A stretch of DNA of 32,000 nt, from positions 270,001 through 302,000 of the forward strand of contig JAJRVL010000004.1 of NCBI GenBank assembly GCA_024277355.1. Direction: 5' to 3'. The notes under the pieces are model-generated. The model was not told the DNA's origin. It did no database searches and saw nothing but the letters and a program-made list of their open reading frames with translations. A program made the position numbers and the translations under genes. The DNA is from an archaeon. GTDB lineage: Archaea > Iainarchaeota > Iainarchaeia > Iainarchaeales > 1-14-0-10-31-34. Every line of letters starts with the position of its first letter. The first letter of the stretch is position 1. This document shows, one piece after another, positions 1-9,128 of this stretch.

Positions 1-218
1 AAAATTATTACTCCTATTTCAGATAAAAACATTAAGATTTCTTCATGGCCAGTAATAAAACCAAATAAACTTGGCCCTAATAAAACTCCAACTAATAATT
101 CTCCTAAAACTCTTGGCTGTTTTATTTGATCAAACAAATATCCTGCAAGTTTTGCAGAAATTAATATTACAATTAGTTTAAGCATTATTTCAGCTATTAC
201 TTCACTTCCTCCAGACAA
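1..218 (-). CDS. Cation:proton antiporter (CPA2/KefB-like), N-terminal part, truncated by window edge
   Basis: Manual translation of minus strand from TTG at 218: (M)SGGSEVIAEIMLKLIVILISAKLAGYLFDQIKQPRVLGELLVGVLLGPSLFGFITGHEEILMFLSEIGVII, typical CPA2 TM1-TM2 with PRVLGELLVGVLLGP motif. Confidence 0.75.
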   Translation of the reverse strand, partial: MSGGSEVIAEIMLKLIVILISAKLAGYLFDQIKQPRVLGELLVGVLLGPSLFGFITGHEEILMFLSEIGVII

Positions 219-438
219 AAAAATTCCCCCTGATTCAATTCTAAAAGAAAAAAATAATCTCAGAAAACTTTAAAAACTTAATTAAATAAATTCAGAAATT
301 CAAAAAAAAATATTGTTTTAAAAAAAACATTAAAAAAAATAAGAAATAATTAATTAAAATTTAGTTTAGAAATAACTTTAATTAATGCAACAACAAAAAG
401 AATAACTTTAATTACTTATTATTCTTTTTTAATATCAG

Positions 439-663
439 ATGTTTGTCAAGACAATAAAAAAAATATTTAAAACTTTAAAAAAAATAGTTTCTGGTTTAAT
501 TAATTCACTTCTTCTTTTATTAGTTTATTTCACTGCAGTGGCTTTAACTTCAATTTTTGCAAAAATTCTTGGGAAAAAATTCCTTGAAACAAAAGCAAAA
601 AAAAGCTACTGGCAGGAAATGAAATTAAACACAAAAAAAGAAGATTATTACAGGCAATTCTGA
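439..663 (+). CDS. Small membrane protein (74 aa) at start of carbamoyltransferase cluster
   Basis: One strong hydrophobic helix, ends YYRQF; 10 bp upstream of the methyltransferase gene, same strand. Confidence 0.7.
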   Translation: MFVKTIKKIFKTLKKIVSGLINSLLLLLVYFTAVALTSIFAKILGKKFLETKAKKSYWQEMKLNTKKEDYYRQF

Positions 664-673
664 GGAAAAAAAA

Positions 674-1537
674 ATGAATGCAGGAGAAAAAGTAAAAGAA
701 TTTTATAACAAAACACCTTTTCCTGGTTTTGAATTAAAAAAATTTAACAGCAAAAAAGAACTCAAAATTACTGCTTCTTCTTTTGCTGAAACATTAGACA
801 GAAGTATCCCTGAAAATGCTTCAGTAATTGATGTAGGAACAGGAACAGGCCAGTTAGCAGGATTACTTTCATTAAGAAGAAAAAAAGTTATGGGAATAGA
901 TTTCTCTGAAAATTCTTTGAATCAAGCAAAAAAACTAAAAGAAAAATTAAAATTAAATTCACTGGAATTAAAAAAAATTGATTTATTAAATGACAAAGAA
1001 ATTGAAGCAATAGGAAAATTTGATTATGTTTTATGTTTAGGAGTATTACAGCACACTGCAAATCCATATAAAGGATTTACAAACCTGCTGAAACTACTAA
1101 AACCTAAAGGATTTATTGCAGTAGGATTATACAACAAGTTTGGAAGAATTCCACTGAAAATAAGAAAAGTTCTGACAAAAACAGTTTTCAAAGACAATGA
1201 AAAAATAAAAAAACATTTTATTTCAATGCAGTTGGATTCACTTAAAGATAAAAAAAAAACTGAAGCATGGTGGCAGGACCAGTATTTTCATCCATTTGAA
1301 TCAACTCATTTTTTAGGAGAAGTTTTAGACTGGTTTAAAAAAAATAAAATAGAATTTTATCAGACAATTCCTTCATTGAATTTTTTTGACGAACAAAAAC
1401 TGGAAATTGCAGGAGTATGGAACAAATACAATGAAACAAAACCTTCTTTTTTAAAAAGAAATTTAATTCAGTTAAGCTGGATTTGGAAAACACAAAAAGA
1501 AGGCGGATATTGGATTACTTTCGGGAGAAAAAAATGA
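674..1537 (+). CDS. Class I SAM-dependent methyltransferase
   Basis: VIDVGTGTGQLAGLLSLRRKKVMGIDFSENSL motif I; VLCLGVLQHTANPYKG; 4-nt ATGA overlap with next gene. Confidence 0.85.
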   Translation: MNAGEKVKEFYNKTPFPGFELKKFNSKKELKITASSFAETLDRSIPENASVIDVGTGTGQLAGLLSLRRKKVMGIDFSENSLNQAKKLKEKLKLNSLELKKIDLLNDKEIEAIGKFDYVLCLGVLQHTANPYKGFTNLLKLLKPKGFIAVGLYNKFGRIPLKIRKVLTKTVFKDNEKIKKHFISMQLDSLKDKKKTEAWWQDQYFHPFESTHFLGEVLDWFKKNKIEFYQTIPSLNFFDEQKLEIAGVWNKYNETKPSFLKRNLIQLSWIWKTQKEGGYWITFGRKK

Positions 1538-3255
1538 CTTATATTCTGGGATTAAGCTGCTATTACCATGACTCTTCCGCCTGCCTGCTTAAAAACGGAA
1601 AAATAATTGCAGCAGCAGAAGAAGAAAGATTTACAAGAAAAAAACACGACAACTCTTTTCCTTTTAATGCAATAACATTCTGCTTAAAAAAAGAAAAAAT
1701 CACAATACAAGAAATAAACTTTATTGCTTTTTATTAAAAACCTTTAATTAAATACGAAAGAATTCTTTCACAATACATTGAAACTTTTCCTTTAGGTTTT
1801 GTGAATTTTATTAAGAATATGCCTTTATGGCTGACAGAAAAATTAAAAGTAAGAGAAACAATCAAAAAAAAACTTAAATTTAAAGGAGACATTTTTTTTA
1901 TTGAACACCACTTATCACACGCAGCAAGTGCATTTCTTTGTTCTCCTTTTCAGGAAGCAGCAATACTTACAATTGACGGAGTAGGCGAATGGACTACAAC
2001 TGCTTTTGGAACAGGAACAGGAAATAAAATAAATTTAATAAAAGAAATAAGGTTTCCTCATTCAATTGGATTACTTTATTCAACAATTACAGCTTATTTA
2101 GGTTTCAGAGTAAATAATTCTGAATACAAAATAATGGGTTTGTCAGCTTACGGCAACATGAACAAAAAAAGAAATGAATATTATGAAAAACTAAAAAAAA
2201 TAATTGAAATAAAAGAAGACGGAAGCTTTAAACTTGACATGAAATATTTTGTTTTTCATTACGCAGAAAAAATGCCTTCAAGAAAATTATGTGAACTACT
2301 TAAAGGAAAAATAAGAAAACCAAAAGAAAAATTAACTCAAAGACACAAAGACATTGCAGCTGCCTTACAATTAATCACAGAAGAAACAATAATAAAAATT
2401 TTAAATAATGTTTTTGAAAAAACAAAAAAAGAAAATTTAGTTTTAGCAGGAGGAGTAGCATTAAACAGTGTAAGCAATGGAAAAATCTTAAAAAACACAA
2501 AATTCAAAAACATCTGGATTCAGCCTAATGCTTCAGATGGAGGAGCAAGTTTAGGAGCAGCATTATATGTATTTAATTCAATTTTAAGCAATGCAAGAAA
2601 TTATGAAATGCAGAATGATTTTTTAGGACCTGAATATTCTTCTGAAGAAATCAAAAGCATTCTTGAAAAAAACAAAATAAATTATTTTAAATTCAAAAAC
2701 GAAACAGAACTAATAAAAAAAACTGCAGAATTAATTTATCAAAATAAAGTTGTCGGCTGGTTTCAGGGAAAAATGGAATTTGGGCCAAGAGCTTTAGGAA
2801 ACAGAAGCATTATAGCTAACCCATGTAATCCAGAAATGAAAAAAATATTAAATGAAAAAGTTAAACATCGAGAATCATTTAGGCCTTTTGCACCCGCTGT
2901 ATGCAAAGAAAATGCAGTACAATTTTTTGAATGCAGTCCCTTACAAAAACCAGCTGAATTTATGTTAATGACTTTTCCAGTTAAAAAAGAATTTGAAAAA
3001 AAAATTCCTTCCGCGATTCATGTCGATAATACATCAAGAATTCAGGCAATAGACAAAAAAAACAATGAATTGTATTATAATTTAATTAAAGAATTTGAAA
3101 AATTTTCAGGAATACCCATTTTAATTAACACTTCATTTAATGTTAAAGGAGAACCAATTGTCTGTTCACCTCAGGATGCATTAAATTGTTTCATGAAAAC
3201 AGAAATTGATTTTCTTATTTTAGAAAAATACTTAATTGAAAAGAAAAAAAACTAA
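1534..3255 (+). pseudogene. Carbamoyltransferase (NodU/CmcH/HypF-C family) interrupted by one in-frame TAA at 1735-1737
   Basis: Same frame on both sides of the stop: MTYILGLSCYYHDSSACLLKNG...INFIAFY*KPLIKYERILSQYIETFPLGF...HHLSHAASAFLCSPFQEAAILTIDGVGEW...GPRALGNRSIIANP. Track ORFs 1483-1737 and 1801-3255 are its two pieces. May be functional if the stop is an artefact or is read through. Confidence 0.85.
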
Positions 3256-3263
3256 GTGAAAAA

Positions 3264-4313
3264 ATGGAAAAAGAAAAATTAAAGGAATTTGGAAAAAATT
3301 TTGCTTTACTTTTAATTACAGTCATTTTATTTCTTTTTTTTCTTGAATTAACTTTAAGGATTTTTCCATGGTTGTTTGGACAGCAGATACAAAATCAATT
3401 AATTACAAAATTCCATTCAGGAGAAACAGGAATATACAGTTATGATTCAAATATAGGAATGTTACTGCTAAAACCTGGAATTGAAACTGAAGTTTTCAGG
3501 AACGGGCATTACTGGATTCATAAAACAGACTCAAAAGGATTCAGAAATGAAAAAGAAATTAATCAAGCAGACATTATTCTGCTTGGAGACTCAATAATTT
3601 ACGGAACAGGACTAAACTATAAAAAAACTACAGCATACTTCCTGCAAAAAGAAACAGGATTAACAGTATTCAATTTATCAAGAGAAGGTGATTGTTCTTT
3701 TGAACAAAAATTCCTGTTAAACAAATATGCTCCTGAATTAAAACCAAAACATATTTTTTATTTTTTCTTTGAAAACGATTTATATGACTTAAAAATAAAA
3801 TTAACAAAAAAAGAAATGAATTATTTTATTCAAGAACAGTCAATTGATGATTTTTCTGTTAAAAGAAAAAAAATTACAGGAACAGAAACCGCTAATTTAT
3901 ACAAAAAGTTAGTTGAATACTCTTTTGTTGCAAGAACAATTCATATTTTAATTCACTTAAAAGAAGACCAAATAAAATTAACAAACAAAATTGCAAACAA
4001 AATCATTGACACAAACGGAATTGAATGGCAGTACACAGAAAAAGCAATAAAGCAGATGAAAAAATTCTCTGATTCAATCAATTCAGAATTCATTTTAGTT
4101 CCACTGACAAACGAAAAAAACCAGCAGGAAAAACTAAAACAAATTGCAGAAGAAAATGGAATTCCTTTAATTGAAACAGAAGAATTAATTGGTTATAATC
4201 AGATTCCTACAATAAAAAAAGAATATGCTTTGGAAAGAGACTGGCATTTAAATGAAAAAGGACATGAAAAACTTGCAGAAATTTTATTGAATTACCTTAA
4301 AAAAAATAAATAA
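3264..4313 (+). CDS. Membrane-anchored SGNH/GDSL hydrolase-like protein
   Basis: N-terminal TM helix, ADIILLGDSIIYGTGLNY (GDS block), C-terminal RDWHLNEKGHEKLAE (DxxH block). Confidence 0.8.
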   Translation: MEKEKLKEFGKNFALLLITVILFLFFLELTLRIFPWLFGQQIQNQLITKFHSGETGIYSYDSNIGMLLLKPGIETEVFRNGHYWIHKTDSKGFRNEKEINQADIILLGDSIIYGTGLNYKKTTAYFLQKETGLTVFNLSREGDCSFEQKFLLNKYAPELKPKHIFYFFFENDLYDLKIKLTKKEMNYFIQEQSIDDFSVKRKKITGTETANLYKKLVEYSFVARTIHILIHLKEDQIKLTNKIANKIIDTNGIEWQYTEKAIKQMKKFSDSINSEFILVPLTNEKNQQEKLKQIAEENGIPLIETEELIGYNQIPTIKKEYALERDWHLNEKGHEKLAEILLNYLKKNK

Positions 4314-4357
4314 TCAATTAAGCAATTATTATTAATATAAAAGAACTTTATTTTTTT

Positions 4358-4519
4358 ATGGAAAAAAACAAGCCTTATCTAAAAGAATTATGGGATTTTC
4401 TTAAAGTCAGAAAAAAATGGTGGCTGGCTCCAATAATCATAATGCTGATTTTAGTTGGAATAATAATTATAATAGGAAACAACAGTGTCGTTTCAACTTT
4501 TGTTTATGCCTTGTTTTAG
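4358..4519 (+). CDS. DUF5989-like small membrane protein (53 aa), absent from the supplied ORF track
   Basis: Manual translation: MEKNKPYLKELWDFLKVRKKWWLAPIIIMLILVGIIIIIGNNSVVSTFVYALF*. WDFLKxRKKWWLxPIIIxL and C-terminal FVYALF match DUF5989, which often neighbours carbamoyltransferases. Confidence 0.85.
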   Translation: MEKNKPYLKELWDFLKVRKKWWLAPIIIMLILVGIIIIIGNNSVVSTFVYALF

Positions 4520-4675
4520 TTATTCAAGCATCACTAAAGCTAAATAAGAATTATGTTCATGTGAATCAGCAGTAGCAGAAAACTTAATATCAATTATTTT
4601 TTTATCTTTAATAAATTCATTTACAGCTTCTTCCAATAATTGATAATCATTAAACTCAAAAAGTTTTATTTTCAT
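4520..4675 (-). CDS. Small protein (51 aa) resembling the Cse60 family, absent from the supplied ORF track
   Basis: Manual translation: MKIKLFEFNDYQLLEEAVNEFIKDKKIIDIKFSATADSHEHNSYLALVMLE*; pattern K(V/L)F-x-LEEAVNEF-x-IIDIK resembles Cse60. Confidence 0.6.
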   Translation of the reverse strand: MKIKLFEFNDYQLLEEAVNEFIKDKKIIDIKFSATADSHEHNSYLALVMLE

Positions 4676-4730
4676 TAAAACACCCTATTAACTGAGTTTT
4701 AATTAGTATTTAAATGTTTAGAAAAATAAT

Positions 4731-4802
4731 AGCTCCGAGGAGATTCGAACTCCTGTCAACGGGTTCAAAGCCCGTCATCCTTGGCCACTAGACTACGGAG
4801 CT
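4731..4802 (-). tRNA. tRNA-Gln (TTG)
   Basis: AGCTCCG...CGGAGCT acceptor, ACGGG-CTTTGAA-CCCGT anticodon arm, AGGAG-TTCGAAT-CTCCT T arm. Confidence 0.88.
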
Positions 4803-4827
4803 AGCAAACCGTAGTCTAAATTTTGTT

Positions 4828-4848
4828 CAACCTTTTTTTAAAAGGTTG
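4828..4848. repeat. Perfect hairpin CAACCTTTT-TTT-AAAAGGTTG
   Basis: 9-bp stem with 3-nt loop, read directly. Confidence 0.8.
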
Positions 4849-4864
4849 CTAGACTACGGAGCTA
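4849..4864. repeat. 16-bp duplicate of the tRNA-Gln 5' end (CTAGACTACGGAGCTA)
   Basis: Exact match to 4788-4803, which covers the 5' end of tRNA-Gln. Confidence 0.85.
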
Positions 4865-5020
4865 TTAAATTAATTAATAAAATAAAAATAGTCTTATAAA
4901 TAATTTAATTTCAATAAGTTTAAATTGGTTTACTTAAAGTACTTTTTATTACTGTTTGTGTTTACAGTCCGGCTAAATAAAGTTAATAGCAAGTATGCAC
5001 TCAAACAGCAAAATATTTTC

Positions 5021-5175
5021 AAAAGTTTTTAGTAAAGCTTTTTTTGAAAAAGGTTTAGTTTGTGTTTGCAAAGCAAACCGTTTTTGATAAAACTTTTTTC
5101 TAAAAAGTTTGTTTTAATAAAACTTTTTCCAAAAAGGATTATGTTTTTGATAAAACTTTTTTCTAAAAAGTTTTT
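5021..5175 (+). repeat. Block of about four ~30-nt palindromic units, consensus about GTTTTTGATAAAACTTTTTTCTAAAAAGTTT
   Basis: 31-nt exact copies at 5080-5110 and 5143-5173; related units at about 5021-5053 and 5111-5137; each unit self-complementary (AAAACTTTTT...AAAAAGTTTT). Confidence 0.8.
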
Positions 5176-5249
5176 GGGAGAGTAGCTTAGTTTGGTGGAG
5201 CATTCGACTGATAATCGAAAGGTCGAGGGTTCAAATCCCTCCTTTCCCA
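5176..5249 (+). tRNA. tRNA-Ile (GAT)
   Basis: GGGAGAG/CTTTCCC acceptor, TTCGA-CTGATAA-TCGAA anticodon arm, GAGGG-TTCAAAT-CCCTC T arm. Confidence 0.9.
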
Positions 5250-5252
5250 TTT

Positions 5253-5663
5253 ATGAAAACTTTAACTAAATACATTTATTTTAATACAAAAAACAGAATT
5301 GAATTTGTTAATATTACTAATCAAATAGAAGAAATTGTTTCTGAAAGCAAAATAAAAGAAGGAATAGTTTTAGTTAATCCAATGCATATTACTGCTTCAG
5401 TTTACATTAATGACGCAGAATCAGGTTTAATTGAAGATTATAAAGAATGGTTAAAAAAATTGGTTCCAGAAAAAGATTACAAGCATAATTTAACTGGAGA
5501 AGACAATGCTTTTTCTCATTTAATGAGAACAATAATGGGAAGAGAAGTTACAATAGCAATAACTAATGGAAAACTTGATTTTGGCACCTGGGAACAAATT
5601 TATTACGCTGAATTTGACGGTCAAAGAAAAAAAAGAGTTTTAGTTAAAGTTTTAGGTGAGTAA
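5253..5663 (+). CDS. YjbQ / UPF0047 family protein
   Basis: [20 protein letters not shown]...[59 protein letters not shown]. Confidence 0.9.
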   Translation: MKTLTKYIYFNTKNRIEFVNITNQIEEIVSESKIKEGIVLVNPMHITASVYINDAESGLIEDYKEWLKKLVPEKDYKHNLTGEDNAFSHLMRTIMGREVTIAITNGKLDFGTWEQIYYAEFDGQRKKRVLVKVLGE

Positions 5664-6155
5664 TTCAACTATTTTTTTTCCAAACTCTCTTGCAGCTTTT
5701 GGTCCATTTGCAGTAATAATATTTCCTGAAACTTCAATGGAATTCCCTGAAAACAAAGCTCCTTTTTCTGTTAAATTTTCTTTTTCGCTTTCAAATGAAG
5801 TAGCTTTTTTTCCTTCCAATAAACCTGCATTAGCTAAAATTGAAGGCGCAATACAAATTGCCGCAACAACTTTTTGTTTTCTGTTAAATTCTTCAGCTAA
5901 ATTCAATACAGTTTGATTGTCAAAATATTCTGCTGCACCGCTTCCGCCAACAAAAATTACTGCATTAAATTCTTCTGAATTAATTTCTTCAATTAATAAT
6001 TCTGCTTTTATTGTTCCATTTAATTTTCCTTTGCATTCCCCTTTTTCAGTTGAAGCAACAACAGTTTCAATTCCTGCTTTTTCTAATTCTTCTTTTGGAT
6101 GAAATAATTCTTCATCCCTAAAATTCTGTTTTGCAATAACAAACACAACTTTCAT
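5652..6155 (-). CDS. DJ-1/PfpI family protein
   Basis: [13 protein letters not shown] and nucleophile elbow [24 protein letters not shown]. Confidence 0.9.
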   Translation of the reverse strand: MKVVFVIAKQNFRDEELFHPKEELEKAGIETVVASTEKGECKGKLNGTIKAELLIEEINSEEFNAVIFVGGSGAAEYFDNQTVLNLAEEFNRKQKVVAAICIAPSILANAGLLEGKKATSFESEKENLTEKGALFSGNSIEVSGNIITANGPKAAREFGKKIVELLT

Positions 6156-6225
6156 ATAAATCCCATATAAAAAATGAAAGAAAAAAAATAAGAATGTTTT
6201 TAAAGAAAGAGAACTTGAATTTATT

Positions 6226-6726
6226 ATGCAGGAAAAAAAAGAATCAGAATATAAAATTGTTTCAGATTACCAAAAACTAGAAAAACAAGTAGAAAAACAA
6301 ATAAGAAACGGCAACATAAAACTTCCTTTTGGGGGTTTTTATCAAACAGGTTATTTAGGGCATTCAATAAAAGCAATAGTTAAAGAAGAAAAACTTGTAA
6401 GTTTAATGGTTTATTCAATTAATGAAAAAACATGCGATATTGCATATATTTGGCATAATCCTCGTCTTGCAGTTGAATACAAAAAAACAAACAAAATATC
6501 TCCTTCAAAATTTTTATTAAAATCAATTGCTAAAAAAGGAATTACATCATTTACAACACAATATTTAACAAAAACCGGCAGAAAAATGGTATTAAAATTA
6601 ATTAAAGAAAACGTAATAATTGAAAAAGGATTGAAAAGAATAAATCCAAAACCCAAATTCAGGAAATTTCTTAACAAAATGCCAACAGAATATAAATTTA
6701 AATTAGTAAAACGACATCCCAAATAA
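6226..6726 (+). CDS. Hypothetical protein (166 aa)
   Basis: Long ORF filling the gap between two minus-strand genes; no family recognised. Confidence 0.6.
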   Translation: MQEKKESEYKIVSDYQKLEKQVEKQIRNGNIKLPFGGFYQTGYLGHSIKAIVKEEKLVSLMVYSINEKTCDIAYIWHNPRLAVEYKKTNKISPSKFLLKSIAKKGITSFTTQYLTKTGRKMVLKLIKENVIIEKGLKRINPKPKFRKFLNKMPTEYKFKLVKRHPK

Positions 6727-6730
6727 AATA

Positions 6731-8095
6731 TTATACCAGTATTGGCCAGACAAAATAAGCCATTAAAGTCAATAAAATTACTCCAATTAAAGCAATAACT
6801 ATTCCAGGTTTAGCCATATCAGAAGTTTTAATGTATCCTGAAGAATAAGCTATAGTGCTTGGAGGCGTTCCAATTGGAACAATAAAATCCAAAGAAACAC
6901 CAATTGCAATAACCATTACCGCAAATTCAACTGGAATTCCCAATCCTTGCGCTAAAGGAATAACTAAAGGAATACTGATAGCTGCTGCAGCAGTATTGCT
7001 TGCAACTAAAGTAAAAATTACAGCAAAAACAATTAAAGCAAACAAAATCAGCAATAAAGCTTGTCCAGACAAAAAAGTAAATAAAATATCAGCAAATAAT
7101 CCATCTAATCCAACAGTCTGAATAGCACTTCCAAGAGTTAATCCTCCTCCAAATAAAATCAAAGAACTCCAAGAAACTTTATTTATATCGTTTGTTTCAA
7201 GTAAACCAAAAGAATACAATAAAATAATTGGAATCATTGCAACAACAGAAGTTGAAATTCCATGAATTTTAGTTGTAAGCCACATTAAAACTGTTACTCC
7301 AAAAATAAACAAAACAAGTTTTTGTTTTTGAGTCAAAGGTTTAAAAGAAAAATCTGATTTAATAAAATGAATTTCAGGAGGAAAAAATTTAGTTAAAACA
7401 AACCACGCAACAGGAAGCAGTAAAATTACCATCGGCAAAGCATAAAACATCCAGTCAGTAAAACCAAAAGAAAAGCCTGCATCATTTAAATAACTTAAAG
7501 CCATTGCATTAGGAGGAGAACCAATAACAGTTCCAATTCCTCCAATAGTGGCAGAAAAAGCAATACCTAAAACTAATGCTTTACCAAACTTTGAATCCAA
7601 AGGCTTTAATCCATTTGAATTTAATACAACTAAAGCAATTGGAAGCAAAATAGCAGTTGAAGCAGTGTTTGACATCCAAAAAGAAAAAAAAGCAGTTAAA
7701 CACATTAAACCAAACAAAAATCGTTTAGGTTTATGTCCAACTTTTTTAATTAAATGAAAAGTAATTAATTTATCTAAACCATGTTTCTGTAAACCTAAAG
7801 CTAAAATAAATCCACCTAATAATAACATTATTACTGGATCAAAAAAAGGCGTAAAAACTGTTTTTGGAGTAAAAACTGTTTTGTCATAAAATCCTCCAAC
7901 TACAATTAACAAAAAAGCTGCAATAAAAGCAGTAATATGCAATGGAACTAATTCAGAAAACCATAAAATCATTGCTAAAAATAAAACAGACAAAACAACT
8001 TTTTGCAATGGTTCAATTTGCAGTGGAGAAAACAAAACTGCAAGAAATGCAATAACTGCAAAAACTGCAATAAAAAACCTTATTTTTTGTTTCAT
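6731..8095 (-). CDS. SLC13/DASS-family anion permease
   Basis: ~12 hydrophobic segments; FWMSNTASTAILLPIAL, GSPPNAMAL, VASNTAAAAISIPLVIPLA. Confidence 0.88.
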   Translation of the reverse strand: MKQKIRFFIAVFAVIAFLAVLFSPLQIEPLQKVVLSVLFLAMILWFSELVPLHITAFIAAFLLIVVGGFYDKTVFTPKTVFTPFFDPVIMLLLGGFILALGLQKHGLDKLITFHLIKKVGHKPKRFLFGLMCLTAFFSFWMSNTASTAILLPIALVVLNSNGLKPLDSKFGKALVLGIAFSATIGGIGTVIGSPPNAMALSYLNDAGFSFGFTDWMFYALPMVILLLPVAWFVLTKFFPPEIHFIKSDFSFKPLTQKQKLVLFIFGVTVLMWLTTKIHGISTSVVAMIPIILLYSFGLLETNDINKVSWSSLILFGGGLTLGSAIQTVGLDGLFADILFTFLSGQALLLILFALIVFAVIFTLVASNTAAAAISIPLVIPLAQGLGIPVEFAVMVIAIGVSLDFIVPIGTPPSTIAYSSGYIKTSDMAKPGIVIALIGVILLTLMAYFVWPILV

Positions 8096-8151
8096 TTAAA
8101 TAAGAACAACAGTATCAAATATAAAAGTTAACATTAAGTAATTAATTTCTC

Positions 8152-9060
8152 ATGAAAAAAATTCTGATTGCTTTAGGCGGAAACGCATTAATAAAACAAG
8201 GACAAACAGGTTATTTTGAAGAACAATTAAAAAACATTAATTCTGCAGCAAAAAAAATAGCTGAATTAACAAAAAAATATCAGGTTGTCTTAACTCATGG
8301 AAATGGCCCTCAAGTAGGAAACCTTGAAATTCAAATGTCATGCAATGATGAAATCCCAAAAATGCCTTTAGATGTAGAAGATGCAATGACTCAAGGGCAG
8401 ATCGGTTATTTTATTCAGAAATCTCTTAGAAATATTCTGCCAAAAAAAGAAATAATTACAATTATCACTGAAATTGAAGTAAACAAAAAAGATAAAGCAT
8501 TTAATAACCCAACAAAACCAATAGGTTCCTTTTATTCAAAAGAAATAATAAAAAAAATGAAAATAAAAAATTTTATTGAAGATTCAGGAAGAGGTTATAG
8601 AAAAATTGTGCCTTCACCTGAACCAAAAAAAATAATTCAATTAAAAACCATAAAAGAATTAATTGAAAAAGGAAAAATTGTTGTTTCCTGCGGAGGCGGA
8701 GGAATTCCAGTAATAAAACAAGGAAAAAAATACAAAGGAGTTGAAGCAGTAATAGACAAAGATAAAGCTTCTGTTTTGCTTGCAAATTCTTTAAACATAA
8801 AAGAAATAGTTATTTTAACTGATGTTGAGTTTGTTTTTTTGAATTATAAAAAAGAAAATCAAAAAAAATTAAAGAAAATTAAAATAAATGAATTAAAAAA
8901 ATTACTGAAAAAAAATGAGTTTGGTAAAGGTTCAATGAAACCAAAAATTGAAGCATGCATTAATTTCATAGAAAAAGGAGGAAAAAAAGCAGTAATAACT
9001 TCATTAAATAAATTAATTCCTGCATTAAAAGGAAAAACCGGAACACAAATCACAAAATAA
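8152..9060 (+). CDS. arcC: Carbamate kinase
   Basis: KKILIALGGNALIKQGQTG, VVLTHGNGPQVGN, GRGYRKIVPSPEPKKI, VVSCGGGGIPVI, GSMKPKIEACI. Confidence 0.9.
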   Translation: MKKILIALGGNALIKQGQTGYFEEQLKNINSAAKKIAELTKKYQVVLTHGNGPQVGNLEIQMSCNDEIPKMPLDVEDAMTQGQIGYFIQKSLRNILPKKEIITIITEIEVNKKDKAFNNPTKPIGSFYSKEIIKKMKIKNFIEDSGRGYRKIVPSPEPKKIIQLKTIKELIEKGKIVVSCGGGGIPVIKQGKKYKGVEAVIDKDKASVLLANSLNIKEIVILTDVEFVFLNYKKENQKKLKKIKINELKKLLKKNEFGKGSMKPKIEACINFIEKGGKKAVITSLNKLIPALKGKTGTQITK

Positions 9061-9128
9061 AAACTTTTAAAAACTGTATCTTAAAGAAAATACATTATTC
9101 AGAAAGCTTTAAGGGGGTTGTGAGCTTA

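Noticed and set aside
1735-1737. Alternative genetic code (TAA as sense)
   Set aside because: TAA ends many complete genes in this window, and TAG and TGA also act as stops (4517-4519, 1535-1537), so no global recoding is supported.
5021-5175. Possible CRISPR array
   Set aside because: Units are tandem, strongly palindromic and AT-rich, with no regular unique spacers and no cas genes nearby.
5029-5250. [28 protein letters not shown]... on minus strand
   Set aside because: It is the antisense translation of tRNA-Ile plus the AT-rich repeats; GFEPST... is a classic tRNA-antisense artefact.
5656-6102. Plus-strand ORFs 5656-5916 and 5917-6102
   Set aside because: Antisense to a clear DJ-1/PfpI gene with intact motifs.
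6411-7757. ORFs 6411-6722 (-), 6855-7121 (+), 7548-7757 (+)
   Set aside because: Antisense shadows of the 166-aa ORF and of the SLC13 transporter; no recognisable protein features.
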